DNA of 56,185 bases, filler included, from Sphacelaria rigidula (taxonomy: Eukaryota): the NCBI GenBank assembly GCA_964200075.2. It is 5 parts of 5 records of this genome, joined end to end, with 100 filler letters (N's around TTAATTAATTAA, not from the genome) between each part and the next. Parts side by side here need not be neighbours in the genome. Positions count along the whole stretch, not along the records: positions 33,772 to 44,928 come from CAXNAA020005313.1; positions 45,029 to 56,185 come from CAXNAA020005314.1; 3 more parts are not named here. One strand, 5' to 3'. Below the pieces are notes generated by a model. The model made no database searches, had not been told where the DNA came from, and saw only the letters and a program-made list of their open reading frames with translations. Shown piece by piece: positions 39,370 to 52,243 of this stretch (positions are counted from its first letter, which is position 1; each line of letters opens with the position of its first letter). The translations under genes were made by a program, and so were the position numbers.

Positions 39370-42300
39370 TCCAATGCGGTGTCCGTATTGCGAAGGACGC
39401 CATTGTCGACATCGCCCCTCCCATGACGGTGGACACGCCAGGATCCGCGACGGCCAGTGGGCACCTCGGTACAACAGGCGTCGCACAGATGGATTTTGAC
39501 GAAGCGCGGGTCATTAAGGAAACGAACAACGTAGGAATCGTCGGATGGAGGACTATCCAGATGAAGTTTACCCAGCCCCCGCAGCGAGTCCAAGGCCTTG
39601 TACCAGCAGTAGGCGCCCTTCGGCAAACGCTCCCTGCAAAAAGCAGTCATGTATTGGGCACGCGAAATGAGACTTTAGCCTGCCAAGACGAACGGCGGGG
39701 AGTGCTCCCATTCCAGTTATCGTGCCGCCACTCCCTTGCGAGTAGACCTAAATGTTTAATTCATGGGGCGGTGTTGGACGGCATCTCCTACCCAGGCCAG
39801 TGTTATTTCGTATTTGCTTCGAGTCAACCCCTTGGTCGATGGTCTTGACATCGTTGTACTCCACATTCTCCATACTGTGCGGTTGTGCACTACATCATCC
39901 AATAACGCGATGCTGATTGATTTCACTCTCGAACGACGTCATACGTGAATCGCAGGCGACTACTAACAGACATGTACTACGCCATGATAAATCTATCCAA
40001 ACTCTGGCGCCCATCGGTAATTTTTCGATCGAACGCTGTCAGTGGCAACCGAGGTGTGGGACCGATATGAACGTCATTGAGAGCCAATCAGTTATCGTTT
40101 AGTTTATTTGAACAAAGATCAAATGTGGGTCCCAGTCAATTTGTCACAGCGGTAAGCATTTCTGCTATCGTATGATCTCCTTCCTCCCCGTGTCAACGTC
40201 GAGGGTAGTTGGATCATACGAGCTATGATTGTGAAAGTACGGCGGCCCCCCAGAAGGTCACTGACTGCGGTAGAAGATTTGCCAGAGAAATACGGCCCGT
40301 TGTCGGACAACAACCATCGTTCAGGCACACACTGTTGTGGAATGTACGTGTACGCACGGGCATTGGCGGTACCTTCTGCGCTCTAATGAGGTTCAAGAAC
40401 AGCGTGCATCACTGTGTATACCTACACCGATCCGTTCACAACAAAATATGCCGATTACCACGATCAGAGAGGGGTAGTGGCCCAAAGTAGTCCCATGACA
40501 CAAATTCACCAGGCCCGTTAGGGAATGGCGTAGGAAACACCGTCCGCCGAACTGTTTGGCGTAAAGGCTTGCGCGCTTGGTAGAACAGACAGCGCCGGAC
40601 CCATCACAGGTACGCATTGATTCCGACAAATTAACCACCAAGAACGATCAAGCATCTGGGAACTCAAGACGGCTTCAAGATACGTGGATGCCTGCGTATG
40701 GCGCTCGTGTAGAATCCATGCTCGCAGGAGGATCGAAAAATGAATTCGGATGGGTCCGTCACCTATTAATGGCGAGAGACGTGTCTACCAGTGCGTTTTT
40801 CCATTCGAAGGGTCGCTGCGGGCTGGCGGACTGAAAAAACGGCATCATCATCATCATCATCTGTATGCAGCATGCCTTTTCGAGATAGTTCAGAAAGTCA
40901 GCTTGCGTGGGGGTCTTGTGAGTCCCGGCGGGCAGGAGAAATTCTGTTTCTGAGAACGGAGCCGGGTATCCTTTGAATAGGAAATGAATAGCCGCTGGGC
41001 AAGCAGGTTCTGCTTGTTGTGCCCGGGCCCAGTCGGCGTGAAAGAATACAGTAAAACGAACTTTGAATACATTATCGAGGTGGAGCTGCCAAGGGTACAT
41101 GCCAAAAAGTGGAAACGACCCCTACGCCCTGGGGTGGTCGAAATGGGAAATAAACCAGTGGCTCAGGAGTTTTTGCAAAAGTTGAAGAAAAACGTTCTTC
41201 TTGCTTTTTTGCTTGGTTTTGGAGCACCCTCGGGGACATAGGTGTGGAAGAAATATTATTTCGTGCACCGTTGGAGCTGCCGCTAAGTCGTTTTGTTCAT
41301 GGTTTTCGTGACACAAAGCGCTGACAGTCGTTCCTCTGGAGATGCTTGCCACAAGGCGTGTACCTTGAGAGTATATCCGACAAAAAAAAAAATCTAGGTG
41401 GTCGAGACTGCTGGAGAGTATAGGGTAAATAAAACGTCTAGAGGCGCACATATTCCTCTGGGGGAATCGAGCCCTTCAGAGGAGTGCAGAGGACTGCGAA
41501 TAAATGCTCTCCAAGTAAGCAACGGCGACCAGAGGAGAATACTACGGAATACTCTCAGGGTTAAAAAAAATTGACGCTGGATGGGAACCGATTGATCACG
41601 AATATTTCGTCTGTGAGAAGAATCGCAACAGTCCGTGTAGTATCGTCAAGAAGACCATCACCGTCAAGAACTCCCCGTAGCCGGGGGTTCGACTATAGTT
41701 GGCAAAAGTGCGGTTAGCGGGATCGTTTTCATGGTGGCTTCGTACGGCGGGGGTTCTGGGGGCGCGAGGGCACTGAGGGGAACCGGTACCGGGGAAGGAG
41801 GAGGAAAGCAAGGACCAGAGACGGCCGAACTTGCGGTTGGCTCGGTGGCCCGTCGTCCACGAATTTCATTCGACATCAAATCTCCCGCTTAGGCTAGCAG
41901 GGCGAACTGAGTCGAGGACGGTTCTACGGCTGATGCAAAAATCATGTACGTCAGTCAGTCGCGCGGATATGGTCGTAACCCACGTATTTTGCAGGCAGTC
42001 CACAGTACAACAATCGAGGTTGCAAACTGCCTTGCACTGACGCGTGAACACAAGATGGCAGCCCACCCATGCCGAAAGCCGGTGTGTTGATCAGTGCTAA
42101 TCAGCCAAAGCGGTGTGTAAAGGTCGTCGTGATCATCTCTGCTGATGGTGGAATATGCAACAATGCCTTCGATGGGGTTCCGCAATGCGCTCCATGACGG
42201 ATTCATCGACGGGTTTCGCCGGTGCGGGGAATCGAGATGAAAAGTAGGCGTGTATACTTCGCGGTCCTTTATTTTTGTAGCTATCGTAAGCGGTATCACT

Positions 42301-43540
42301 AACGGGACTTTTCCCCGACTTTCCAGCCTTTCTGAGTTTCCCTGAAAGTTTGTATGTCTCTTCCGACTTCTCCAAGAAAACAAATATTGGAAGAAAAATC
42401 CGACGCTAGATTCTCGGAGCAATCTGCATGTAATCAGTTATACATTTATCTATTGCCTGAGCTGGATGAAAATCAACCCTCATACTTGTCGGAAAGGGTA
42501 GAAACTGTCCGAAAAATTATGAGACGTCGCCTGAAAATATGTTCCCATAATTATTTTCCCTAAGACGACAGGATTTTGAACCAGCGCTGTACCCTTGCCT
42601 TGTGATGCGAGACTTTTCAGGGACTTATGTTCCATAAAAACCACAAAGGCGATGCCATACAAATATTGACAGTGTGGCGTCGCATGCCCCAACTGCGCTG
42701 GCCTCTTGTTTCATCACTACTCAGTTCTGTTCGTTCGCACACGCCCGACTCAGTTATATAATGGCACGAACACGGGCACCTTCTCGCTCTTTGTTCAAAG
42801 TACAACCCAACCCAACTTTGGAGGAATCCGTGTGTAGTCGGAACGGACATGAATCACTTCCTGCAGCCTTCCAGTCCGGGAAGACTAAGAGCGGAGGTCG
42901 TGATAGGGTGTCGAGCAGGAGACGTAGGGCTTTTTCCATTTCCGACGTGAGCACGAACTTTATACCTTCATTGAGAAAAGTAGCGGGGAGTTTCAATGAT
43001 TAAGCAAGGTTCGGCAAGTACTCTCGGTCGTAGCTCACGCCCCCTCACACGGGGCGCAGTTGAAAAACATCCCGTGGCATAGGCGTATAGGGAAGTGCGG
43101 CAAACTTCGTGAGATTGAGGGTACGACCTCCAGCTATGACACAGTGGCCCAGAAACTCAATATGAGTCGCGCCGATGCGGGAGTTAGAGGGGTGAGTTCC
43201 AAGTTGTGCTGCTCAAATCGTCCAAGAACAGATGCCAAATCTTGAACGTGCTCGGCCGGTGTGCTATCATTACACACCGCATCTTCTAGACACATATGGC
43301 AGTTGGGCAATACATCTGTCACACGAAACATCACGCGCCGAAAAGCACCGGGAGCGTCGGCGGCACCCTGCGGTGTTATCAGCCATTCATACAGCTCTGA
43401 GGACTTACAGAAAGTCGTCAGTTCAACAGAGTTTGGATCCATCACGAGTTGCAATTTTAGCCGGATTACATATCAAAATTCGAAATGCTTTACGCTTCCC
43501 GAGCTAGCACTACTTTCGTCTATCCGCGGAAGAGACAGAC
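39370..43540 (-). mobile_element. Fragmented Ty3/Gypsy pol (RT, RNase H, integrase, C-terminal domain) with insertions
   Basis: RT YEWLITPQGAADAPGAFRRVM at 43134-43454. RNase H PPLLVFPDW...FRLHTDSSKVGLGCTL at 42600-43000. Integrase CHGTTLGH and LLSDNGPYF at 40100-40650. Tail YVVRFLNDP...RGSW near 39450-39560. Unrelated sequence at about 40750-42480. Confidence 0.85.
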
Positions 43541-43807
43541 GGGCTTCTTTTCGTGACAGCGTCTAATCGCAGGTAATTAACCCGTCAGTTTGATCATTTT
43601 ATCGTTGTTTTGTTACAGATTTATTGGTCATTTTCCAGCCGGCTAGTCTGTATGTGTCATAATTTGTTATGCTTGGTATCTGATGGGTCCTACTACATTT
43701 TGTCCTAAATTTGGCTGCCGCCCCCCTTATGTTTAGAGTCTTTTGGGAACTGATCTCGAGCCACTTTAGTAGCTACTAGCCTGTTCGCCAATCATACAAG
43801 GAGCACC

Positions 43808-44501
43808 TAAAGTGGAAATTTTCAAGGACCCGAATGGGTGTAGTTTGATAATTATCTCACCGTGACAATCGAGCCACAGTACCCTCTGTAGATCAAATGA
43901 AAGCTATAAACCAGAGCTCTCGAATGAGCATAGTTTTGTCGTCAGCAAAGAAGATGGGCACGAGTTACGTCGCAAACGGCATTTTGATAAATGAGGGAGA
44001 GATTACAAAAGAGTGACGTAGGTGACAACCGAAAAAAAAACTATTTTTGTTCAAGTTTTTGGAATCCCCGAGAAAAACGGGTTCTAAAATTGTGTGGGCG
44101 GAACCTTTTTGTGTCTGTCATCGCCAAAATATGTACTTTGGAGTCCCAAATGTACCAAATGTATACATTTCGTGTGATGTCCGTCTCTGCAAGCTGCTGT
44201 AGGCTGGTAGGTGAAGGCTAGAAGTGTTTGCCGGGTGCTGCGGCGTCTGGAAACAAATTTGTGAGCAAATCCTAGCAAAAAAAGAATTAGGCCACCGCCA
44301 GAAAAAAACGGGGCGAAAGACCCAGGACGCGGGTTTGAACCTCGGCCCGATGCAACAATTTCTCTATTTTTTTTTCCCTGCCCCAGCTACCCTTTCGCGC
44401 GTGGCCGCGGGCGTTCGCTACATGCATTTTTATTTTCCTCGCCTCGGATCAAAAGTTATGGAGGGACAACCAAATTCGGGTCCTTAAAAATTTCCATTTT
44501 A
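43808..44501. mobile_element. Non-autonomous TIR DNA element
   Basis: TIRs TAAAGTGGAAATTTTCAAGGACCCGAAT / ATTCGGGTCCTTAAAAATTTCCATTTTA. Confidence 0.75.
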
Positions 44502-44574
44502 CGCCATCCACGGACTGCGATATCAGAGGTGTCTCTGATCTTCTTCTAATGTAAGCCTGACTTCCCTGCAAAGG

Positions 44575-44649
44575 ATGTTTAGTAGTCTAGTTGGTTGTCT
44601 CCTAAACCGTCACAAAACTTAGTCGCTGGTTCGATTCCCGTCGGACGCA
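44575..44649 (+). mobile_element. tRNA-derived SINE head or tRNA pseudogene
   Basis: A-box TAGTCTAGTTGGT and B-box GGTTCGATTCC. Acceptor and anticodon stems are broken. Non-tRNA sequence follows. Confidence 0.6.
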
Positions 44650-44928
44650 CTTTCTTTGAAGAAAAAAGAGGAAAGAAAACCTCTATAAAAAATTGGCCCC
44701 AAGGAGAGAAAACCTCTGTAAAAAAATGGCCCAAATAAAATGGGTGGGATATAGCCTGGTGGCTATGTTTGGAGTGTACTGCAAAGGACCCCAGTGTAGC
44801 CACTCTGAAAATGAGTGGGGGAGACGAGTGACTCTAGGGTACGGTGAGAGTGACAACATTGGAGGTCCTGCTGGCAGTCGATAGAGCGCTGGCAAGGGGA
44901 GTCGCCCTCCTCGGAGTGAAAGTGACGG

Positions 44929-45028
44929 NNNNNNNNNNNNNNNNNNNNNNNNNNNNNNNNNNNNNNNNNNNNTTAATTAATTAANNNNNNNNNNNNNNNN
45001 NNNNNNNNNNNNNNNNNNNNNNNNNNNN
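44929..45028. other. Artificial contig spacer
   Basis: N44-TTAATTAATTAA-N44. Confidence 0.98.
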
Positions 45029-45077
45029 GTGTTGTTGGGGCGGCGGTGTGTTGGACGGCTGAGGGGGGGGGGGGGGG

Positions 45078-45118
<41 letters not shown>

Positions 45119-45289
45119 GGGGGAGGGAGAGGGCGGGAGGACGTACCAAGCGGCAAGTTCGAACGGGAAGAGAGCGACAGGGAAACGCGGCAGGTTGGGG
45201 TTGAGATGCGGGGCGTTGCTACAATTCGAGAGTAAAGTAGCGCCCGATTTGTGCAACCATCGACTCACAGCCATCGAATATTGTAGCCA

Positions 45290-45367
45290 TCATTCTCCAC
45301 GCGAAACACCAATTACTACTTCGAAGTACAATACTACTGCAACCTCTCCGACCGGGTGCCTCCGTCC
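45290..45367 (-). CDS. Candidate terminal exon of the phosphatase
   Basis: ccatctctgcgtttcggcag|GGA..., phase 0. Encodes GRRHPVGEVAVVLYFEVVIGVSRGE then stop. Confidence 0.35.
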   Translation of the reverse strand, partial: GRRHPVGEVAVVLYFEVVIGVSRGE

Positions 45368-45469
45368 CTGCCGAAACGCAGAGATGGGACAACCGCATAC
45401 CCTGACCATACAACACCACTACACGTCGGACAATTTAGCTCACGTTAACTCGAGTCAGCTCTTTTCCCC

Positions 45470-46670
45470 ATGACTCACCTGAGTGTCCTAGCAACATACC
45501 TTAGCGGCGCATTTTCTGGCCGGGTGAGTAAAAGAAGATACCTCCTCGGTGTACATTCCAGTCATAGCCGGGTAAGTTATAGCAACGTGACTCATCGGTG
45601 CATATTCTAGTCGGGTAAATTTTATCGAAACATACGGTAACTCATTGGTACATACCTTGGTCAGGCGAGTTATGGAAGATAACTCAGTGGTGCATGTTGT
45701 GACTGGGCGAGATATAGAACATATCTCAGCGGTGCATTTCTGGTCAGGTGAGTTGAAGAACATATGATTCATCGGTGCAGAATTTCGCTGGCTGAGGTTA
45801 ACTGTACAATATACGTGATATATTATAGGTTAAATCTCAGACAGCGAGAGTAGGCCATCTGTTGAAATCGGCGCTGATTTCACTTGAAAAAGTATGTACG
45901 ACACAGATGGACTACCGTCGCGGTCAAAGTGTTGCGAAAGAGAGAGAGAGAGACGTGGAGCCCGCTCATGTGTTCTGAGTTCTACCTGTACACAGATAAT
46001 AATTTTTCCTCAGCCCATTACTGTTTTATATCCGTGTTTTCATAAACACCTGCCCAAGTATTTTCATGCGGATCTACAAAATTCAAAATTCGACTTAACG
46101 GTCGACGAGGGAAAGGGAGTGCTAAACCCCTCTCGCGATGAAAAAAAACAAAGGCAAGCACCACATAAGGAGGTGAAGTAATACAAGGAAAAAGAAAGAA
46201 ACGCACTGCGTCGACCTTCCTTCCGTGTTACCCCGGCTAGTGCGCCCATACATACCGAAAGGTGTAGACCGACATCCAGAAGAAATGGGAGGACAAAACA
46301 ACACACATCTACTCCGAGGTTTCTCATGCTAAATGTGCCGGCAGACGTGTCACGTGATCACGTGCGTCCACTCATTGCGCAAGGGATTAGTGTTGACCGC
46401 TGTGCTCTGCATCTTTCCGATCGGGTGAATTGTACAGCACAAAAGTTATTTACCGGTAGCTCAGTCGTGAGTTATGCCAGCATAGCTCATCGGTGCACAT
46501 TCTGGCCGGATGAGAGATAGAACATGACTCATCGCTGAATTTGGGTAAGTTTTACGACAAAAATCGGCGGTGCGTATTCTGGCCCGTTGAGTTATTTACA
46601 CAGCATAACTTACGGGTGAATATTTCGGCAGGTGAGTTTTACAATATTTTTTAGTCATAACTCATGAGCT
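45470..46670. repeat. Degenerate ~42-bp hairpin minisatellite split by an insertion at about 45800-46380
   Basis: Consensus about AACTCATCGGTGCATTTCTGGCCGGGTGAGTTATAGAACAT. About 7 units at 45490-45790 and about 5-6 units at 46390-46670. Confidence 0.75.
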
Positions 46671-46827
46671 GCCCGCCACGTGTTCCACCACAGCACACCA
46701 CAGGGCAGCAATCCCTATCTCACGTCACGCCGATCACGACGTAACACAGACAACATGACGCTAACGCTAACGCTAACGCTGACATCACGCCGCACGCTGT
46801 AGCCATCCCCAACGACAGAAGACGCAC

Positions 46828-46956
46828 CTTGTTGGCGCCGGTCCCGCCCGCGGTTCGGGTAAATCCATCATCGGACCCGCGTGACTTCAAACGACGATAT
46901 GCCGACAAACCCATGGTTCCAACCACTGCACCACCTACCAGCCCTAGCATCAACGT
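46828..46956 (-). CDS. Histidine acid phosphatase exon, predicted transmembrane helix
   Basis: ttag|...|gtgcgt, 129 nt. TLMLGLVGGAVVGTMGLSAY is followed by the basic RRLKSR. Confidence 0.75.
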
Positions 46957-47673
46957 CTAATTCGATTGAGTGCGAGATGACGGCATGGCGGCGGGAGCGC
47001 ACGTTCGGGACGGGTGGGGGGGGGGGGGGGGGGGGGGGGGCAACGCTTTCGGGGTCCCTTTTGGTTTTTTTTTCCTCCAGTATAACTTGGGCGGGGGGGG
47101 GGGGGGGGGGGGGGGGGGGGGCGAGGGGCAAACGCATTTCGGGCATCAGTTGGTTTTTTCTTCCTCCAGGAAAAATTGAAGGCAAAACTACTGACGTGAA
47201 TCGAATGGGATAAGGATATATTTCCAGAGTAAAAAAAGCGAGACATGACACATGACACATTCACACGCGGGCGCGCACGCGCCCTTTCAATTCACCTTCT
47301 ACAGTATCGAGTATCCTCTCCGCAACTTCTTCAATTTTTACCCTGAATATACACGTGCGTCCATCTCTTGCGGCTGACATACCACAGCGGGATTTCGTAG
47401 CGGATAAGCTACTGTGCTAGAGTCAACCAATAATACCAAATCATGCCGAATCATTCCAAATCAACGTACAGACACAAGACACTATACTAGACACACGTAC
47501 ACGAAGCAGCAGGACCGCACAGTCCAGAACACTGCAGACACCCCAACAATCACCGAGCAGCGCACCTATACAACGGACCAGGCACAACACGCAACACGAA
47601 CAGCCAACAACTAACAACCAACATCCAACATCCAACAGCATACGGTCAACAGCCAGCAGCCAGCAGCACTCAC

Positions 47674-47808
47674 CCCAAAGCTCCCCCCAGATGTGGCGGC
47701 CGAGGTGCACCCGCTATCAGTGGATTGGCAGCCGATGCCGCTGATAGCCTGGGAGGCCTGGAACACCACTGGATCTTTCACCCACAAATCTGAAACGTAC
47801 TTTGCCAG
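47674..47808 (-). CDS. Histidine acid phosphatase exon, stalk region
   Basis: tttctgcag|...|gtgagt, 135 nt, phase 0. Encodes LAKYVSDLWVKDPVVFQASQAISGIGCQSTDSGCTSAATSGGSFG. Confidence 0.78.
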
Positions 47809-48008
47809 CTGCAGAAACAAACAGCAAAGTCAAACGCCACGGTCGTTCAGTGGGACCACGAAGCAGAGACGGAAGATGGGGGGGGGGGGGGGGGGAAGGG
47901 GCGGGGCGTGCGGGGGGGCGGACCCCCCCCGCCGCCCTATTAAGGTGGTTGATTAAAATGGGGCAACAAAAACAACCGCGGGGCGGGGGGGGGGGAGGGG
48001 GGAGGGGA

Positions 48009-48043
<35 letters not shown>

Positions 48044-49646
48044 ATGAGCAGGGCGTTCGTGGACGAGGACTCCACCGTCGTCGCTATTCAAGTGGTTGAT
48101 TAAAATGAGGCAATTCACGCTGTCAGCTCTTCTGGACAGCGAAGTGGAAAAAAAGTGGCCATTTTCCAGCGAATCGGGGTCCACGGAATGTACGCCGACG
48201 GGAACGTTTGTGAAATCACGCACTTTTTTCTTGTTCATGTACGAATACGAATAATCCATGTACGTACATGCTCAAACCTCATACTTTATACTTCATGTAT
48301 GAATACGAATACTTCCGAAGTAAAGATCCCAAAAGGCTTCACAGTTGCAGACACAGGGGCAAAGTAAGGAGGGGGCGGGGAAACTTGCACACGTCAGACA
48401 GCTTATGAGCTACCTCAAAACACCAATGGAACATAAATCTCAGACCCGTTGTCCAAGAACACAACATACGTGACAGCGGGGTCCGAGAAGCCAAAGCGAT
48501 ACCTTGGTGCCACTCCACGTGTCCGGCTTCCAGCGCTGTAGAGAGCAGCTTTGAAAAAAGGGGCCAAATGAGCCAAGGTCATCATTTGGATCAGTACACT
48601 AATAAGAAATAATACCTACGGTAGCTCATGAGTTGTCCGACGTGTGGAAACTTCCAAGGATGAAACAAAGTATTTCATAGTGATGAAACAGCACGTACCC
48701 ACTAGAAATTTCCGTTCGCGAACATGAAAAAAAACGCGAGAGAATGTGCGGCACGTGGAGCATGACAGATAACACGCGAGTGATAGACCGACCTGATTTT
48801 TTTTCTTCTTGTCGATTCCCGAACAAGAGAAACAAGCGGCGATAAATGGGGTCCCCAATGGTATCCAAGGCAAAATAAACAGGAAAAAAAGGCAAAAACA
48901 GGCGCAACATGGCATGCTAACGAACTGAGGTGCTCGTAACACAACCCTTTGAACCACCGCACCGTATACTCGAGATTAGTTCGAGCGACGAGTTTCCCCG
49001 CTCGTCTCTTACCTCGAGGGTGTTCTTGTCGTGACCATGCCTGGATTTGTGACAGATCAATGTACATGATATAGTTACCCGACGCCAATCAAGCAGCCAA
49101 TCGACCCGTACATCAACCAACCGACGTGTAATGACCCTGCCACAGTGCGTAGCTTCCCACGTCACAATAAATCGCACTACTGTTGTTGTAGTGCTGCGAG
49201 CCGACTGACATGCGGAAACAGACTCAACGGCCGAGACAACAACTGCTGTGCGCGGCTCCGACCCACTACTGTGTGGATCTTCATTGCCATTTCACCTTCC
49301 CTACCAACAGGATAGTGCAGGGTTCCACTTATTCTGTTCTCGCTTGTACCTCCTCCACACCCTCGACAATATATGGTCAACAGCTGCAACAGACACAAAA
49401 TGTACCGCGTGCAGTGTAGGCCTATCGCAACTATTCTCGGCCGGCAATAGTTGCGATAGAACTATACTCTACGCAGTAAGTTGTTCGTGTCTATTGCAAT
49501 TATTGATCATATTTTGTACGTGTGAACTCCTCCCTTGCTCGCGAGACGAGGACGTAGTCTTGAGGGCATGGATGGTCAATGCCCGAACGACTAAGGAAGG
49601 CAACGAATGGGTACGCCCCCTTCCCCCCAGTGCACGCCTTGCGTTA

Positions 49647-49851
49647 GAGAGTTTCGGGAAACGCTTCTTTGTCATTTCAGAGTGCAAATATCTCAGGATC
49701 AGAGTGTAACGTAAAATCATTTCCCCACTTCGTCAAATGTGGTATCCCCTTGACTTCTTTTTTCGATGGGGTGTTTTTTTTATTCTGGAGCACTCTAATC
49801 CTGAAATATTTGCACTCTGAAATGACAAAAAAGGCGTTTCCCGAAACTCTA
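49647..49851. mobile_element. Tourist-like (PIF/Harbinger) MITE
   Basis: TIRs of about 60 bp (GAGAGTTTCGGGAAACGC..TTTGTCATTTCAGAGTGCAAATAT) flanked by TTA at 49644-49646 and 49852-49854. Confidence 0.85.
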
Positions 49852-50201
49852 TTATTGTGGTAACGTGACTGGATCAGCGCTCCCGCACTGCGTCGACTGT
49901 CATCCAACAAACTCAGCCAAACAGATACATTTTTCTTCCCACTCACGTACGTCCTTCCGCTTTCTACGACGGGAGCCAGAGTTTCTGAGGGAAAAAAAAA
50001 GCTTATGTAGACGCATGCATTTTGCGGGGAAAATCGAACCCGGGTTTTTCCCGCCCAAAAAATAAAGTGTCAGTTGTACCATTAGACAGACGACCGTACA
50101 ATCAAATCCAAAATACCCGATTATACCGCACTAAAGCAGGACTTTCTCTCGACCTCGCCTCTTCTCGCCCGCCAAACCACCATGAAAAGAGAAAAACGAA
50201 C

Positions 50202-50360
50202 CTCAGGAGGTGTGATGCAGTCCGCGTTAACAGATCGAATGGCGAGCGCGCGCAGTTTGGACAGGGGACACAGCAGATCCTTGCCCTCGCTGCACCCCGG
50301 GATCGTGATCGCCACTCGCCCCGGAGGATTTTTTTCTGTAAGCTCCGAAAGTTCACGGAT
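50202..50360 (-). CDS. Histidine acid phosphatase exon, C-terminal Cys region
   Basis: cag|...|gttcgt, 159 nt. Encodes IRELSELTEKNPPGRVAITIPGCSEGKDLLCPLSKLRALAIRSVNADCITPPE. Confidence 0.88.
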
Positions 50361-51949
50361 CTGTGGGAAAGAAGAAATGAAAAGGAGAAAAGAGCCAAGA
50401 ACGCACACAAACTTAAAACCCTAAGCGAGAGTAGGCCATATGTTGAATCGGCATCAAAACTTCACCTCAACACGAACGGTACGCATGATCCTGATGGACT
50501 ACCCTCAGTGCCCAAGGGTTAAACGACACATATCAACAACTTGAAATAAAAATAACATGGTTTAGTACAAAATAAAGAGCACTGCTACGGTAGAGGGGTG
50601 CACTTTTTACGCGAAATCTGGTCTGGTTCAGGGCCTCCTGACGATTCAAGATTGCTCAAGAATGTGGATCAGGTCCCTAGCACGTTGATATAGTAATACT
50701 GGCGTACGCTCACATATTTCGTAAGTGGTGTTTTGTATGAGATACAGAGCTCTTGACAATTCTAACCTCAGAAAATATTTGTGCATCCCTACCGTAGCAT
50801 CACTCTAGTAGTAAATAACGGAGGGATCAGGTCGAGGGTTCGACGTTGGCGGAGAGGAGCCCGGGGGGTGAGGTGAATCCCAATCTGCAGACCACAGATA
50901 CAGCGCACCGCAGGGACCAAGGATTTTCAACAAATGGAGTACAACATTTGGCACTGCTTCGTCAAGTACATAACACAGCTGCAGACCAGCAGTCGTAAAC
51001 AACGCGAATAAAAAAATAGTTTTTATAAGCACAGGGGCATTGCGTTCGGTATGTTCAAGCGCCAAGTAATTTTGGACCTTTGGGCTGTTTCTCTAGAGCG
51101 GACATTCGACCTTCGAAGCATCAGTGAGCGCTCATCTGTGGTTCACAAAATTCAAATATCCGCTTTGGGAGCAAAAACGAAAAGGTATGGGCCAAGTCCG
51201 TCATGGTCAGGTACGCCCGGGGTCGAGCACCCCTCAACAAGCCTCGCTGTTACACAATTCAAATCCCACTTCCAAATCATCGCGGCGGCCTCGGATCCCA
51301 GACATTTGAGTCGTGTCGCAAACGATGCGGACCCTTACAGCGCCACAGCACAGTACTCCGGTCGTGCAGCCGTTCCACAATGAACAATGTTTTCGTGAGA
51401 TTGAGAGGCTAGGGTCGATTGAGAGTGAGTTTCATTATTCGCTCTAGTTTGACCCATCATTTATTTGGTGTGTGCTCTTCTTTGCCTGTAAAACTGTGGT
51501 GTGCTTACAGCTACATGTCGATATCCTACTCAGGGATACCAAAAGGCTTCAGTGGCAAACTACTACAAAAAGCGCACCGGGCCTCGTAGAAGGCCCGGAG
51601 GGGCATTTTGGAACTGAAAATATTTCATTCATTAATTGACCGCTTCCCACTCTCTCACGAAAACATTATTAATTGTAGTACTGCCCGCACTCGAACAAGA
51701 AACCGACGGGATGTCCAGGCCGCCGTTCCACATGTATGCTAATGCGTCCGCCTACCAAGCTCTCAACGCATGAGTTGACAAATCGCCTCGGTGTTCGGCA
51801 TTACTGGCCAAAGACAATGCAAGAGCTGTGACTCTTTCACGCCCTGTTCAGCAATCATCATCTCAACACAAAAAATTAGTCATATTATTCTTCATTATTC
51901 TTTTATTTGGCAAGATCGGACTAATGTGCGGAAAAAACAACAAAAATAA

Positions 51950-52243
51950 TGTCGTACTTTGAACCCCTCCCCTTCCTCGGGGACGAGTCCGTGGTCTCAA
52001 GAGATCAACCCATATATCTCCCCGGTACATGCGTTGCATTTTGGTCTCTTGGATTGTGTCAGCACTCCTGCACCGCTTCAACTCACGTTCAACAGACTCA
52101 AGTCAACTACTTTGTTCACTCACGTTCGCGCGCTTTCCACGGTGGGAATCAGATACTACGAAGAACAAAACCCAACGCATTGGGAATCGAACCCTCGTTC
52201 TCTCCACCCTAATGGCGACAGTCGGACCATTACACCACCCCTA
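51950..52243 (-). mobile_element. tRNA-derived SINE; related copy at about 55640-55900
   Basis: Minus-strand A-box GGTGTAATGGT and B-box GGTTCGATTCC. The body is shared with the second copy (CCCTTCCTCGG.ACGA.T.CGTGG, GTCAGCACTCC), which has B-box GGTTCAATTCC. Confidence 0.7.

Noticed and set aside
38988..39848. 286-aa plus-strand ORF
   Set aside because: It is largely an antisense shadow of the minus-strand Gypsy 3' region.
44575..44649. Functional tRNA (Val/Asp-like)
   Set aside because: The acceptor and anticodon stems do not pair, so it is better explained as a SINE head or pseudogene.
45470..46670. CRISPR array
   Set aside because: Whole units are degenerate copies with no unique spacers, there are no cas genes, and the context is a eukaryotic intron.
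47875..48115. Poly-G flanked duplication, and the poly-Gly/poly-Pro ORFs here and at 11300, 45060 and 47015-47120
   Set aside because: The first copy looks like a homopolymer-corrupted version of the second (GTGGTTGATTAAAATG is shared). This is likely sequencing or assembly error after G runs, and the ORFs are spurious.
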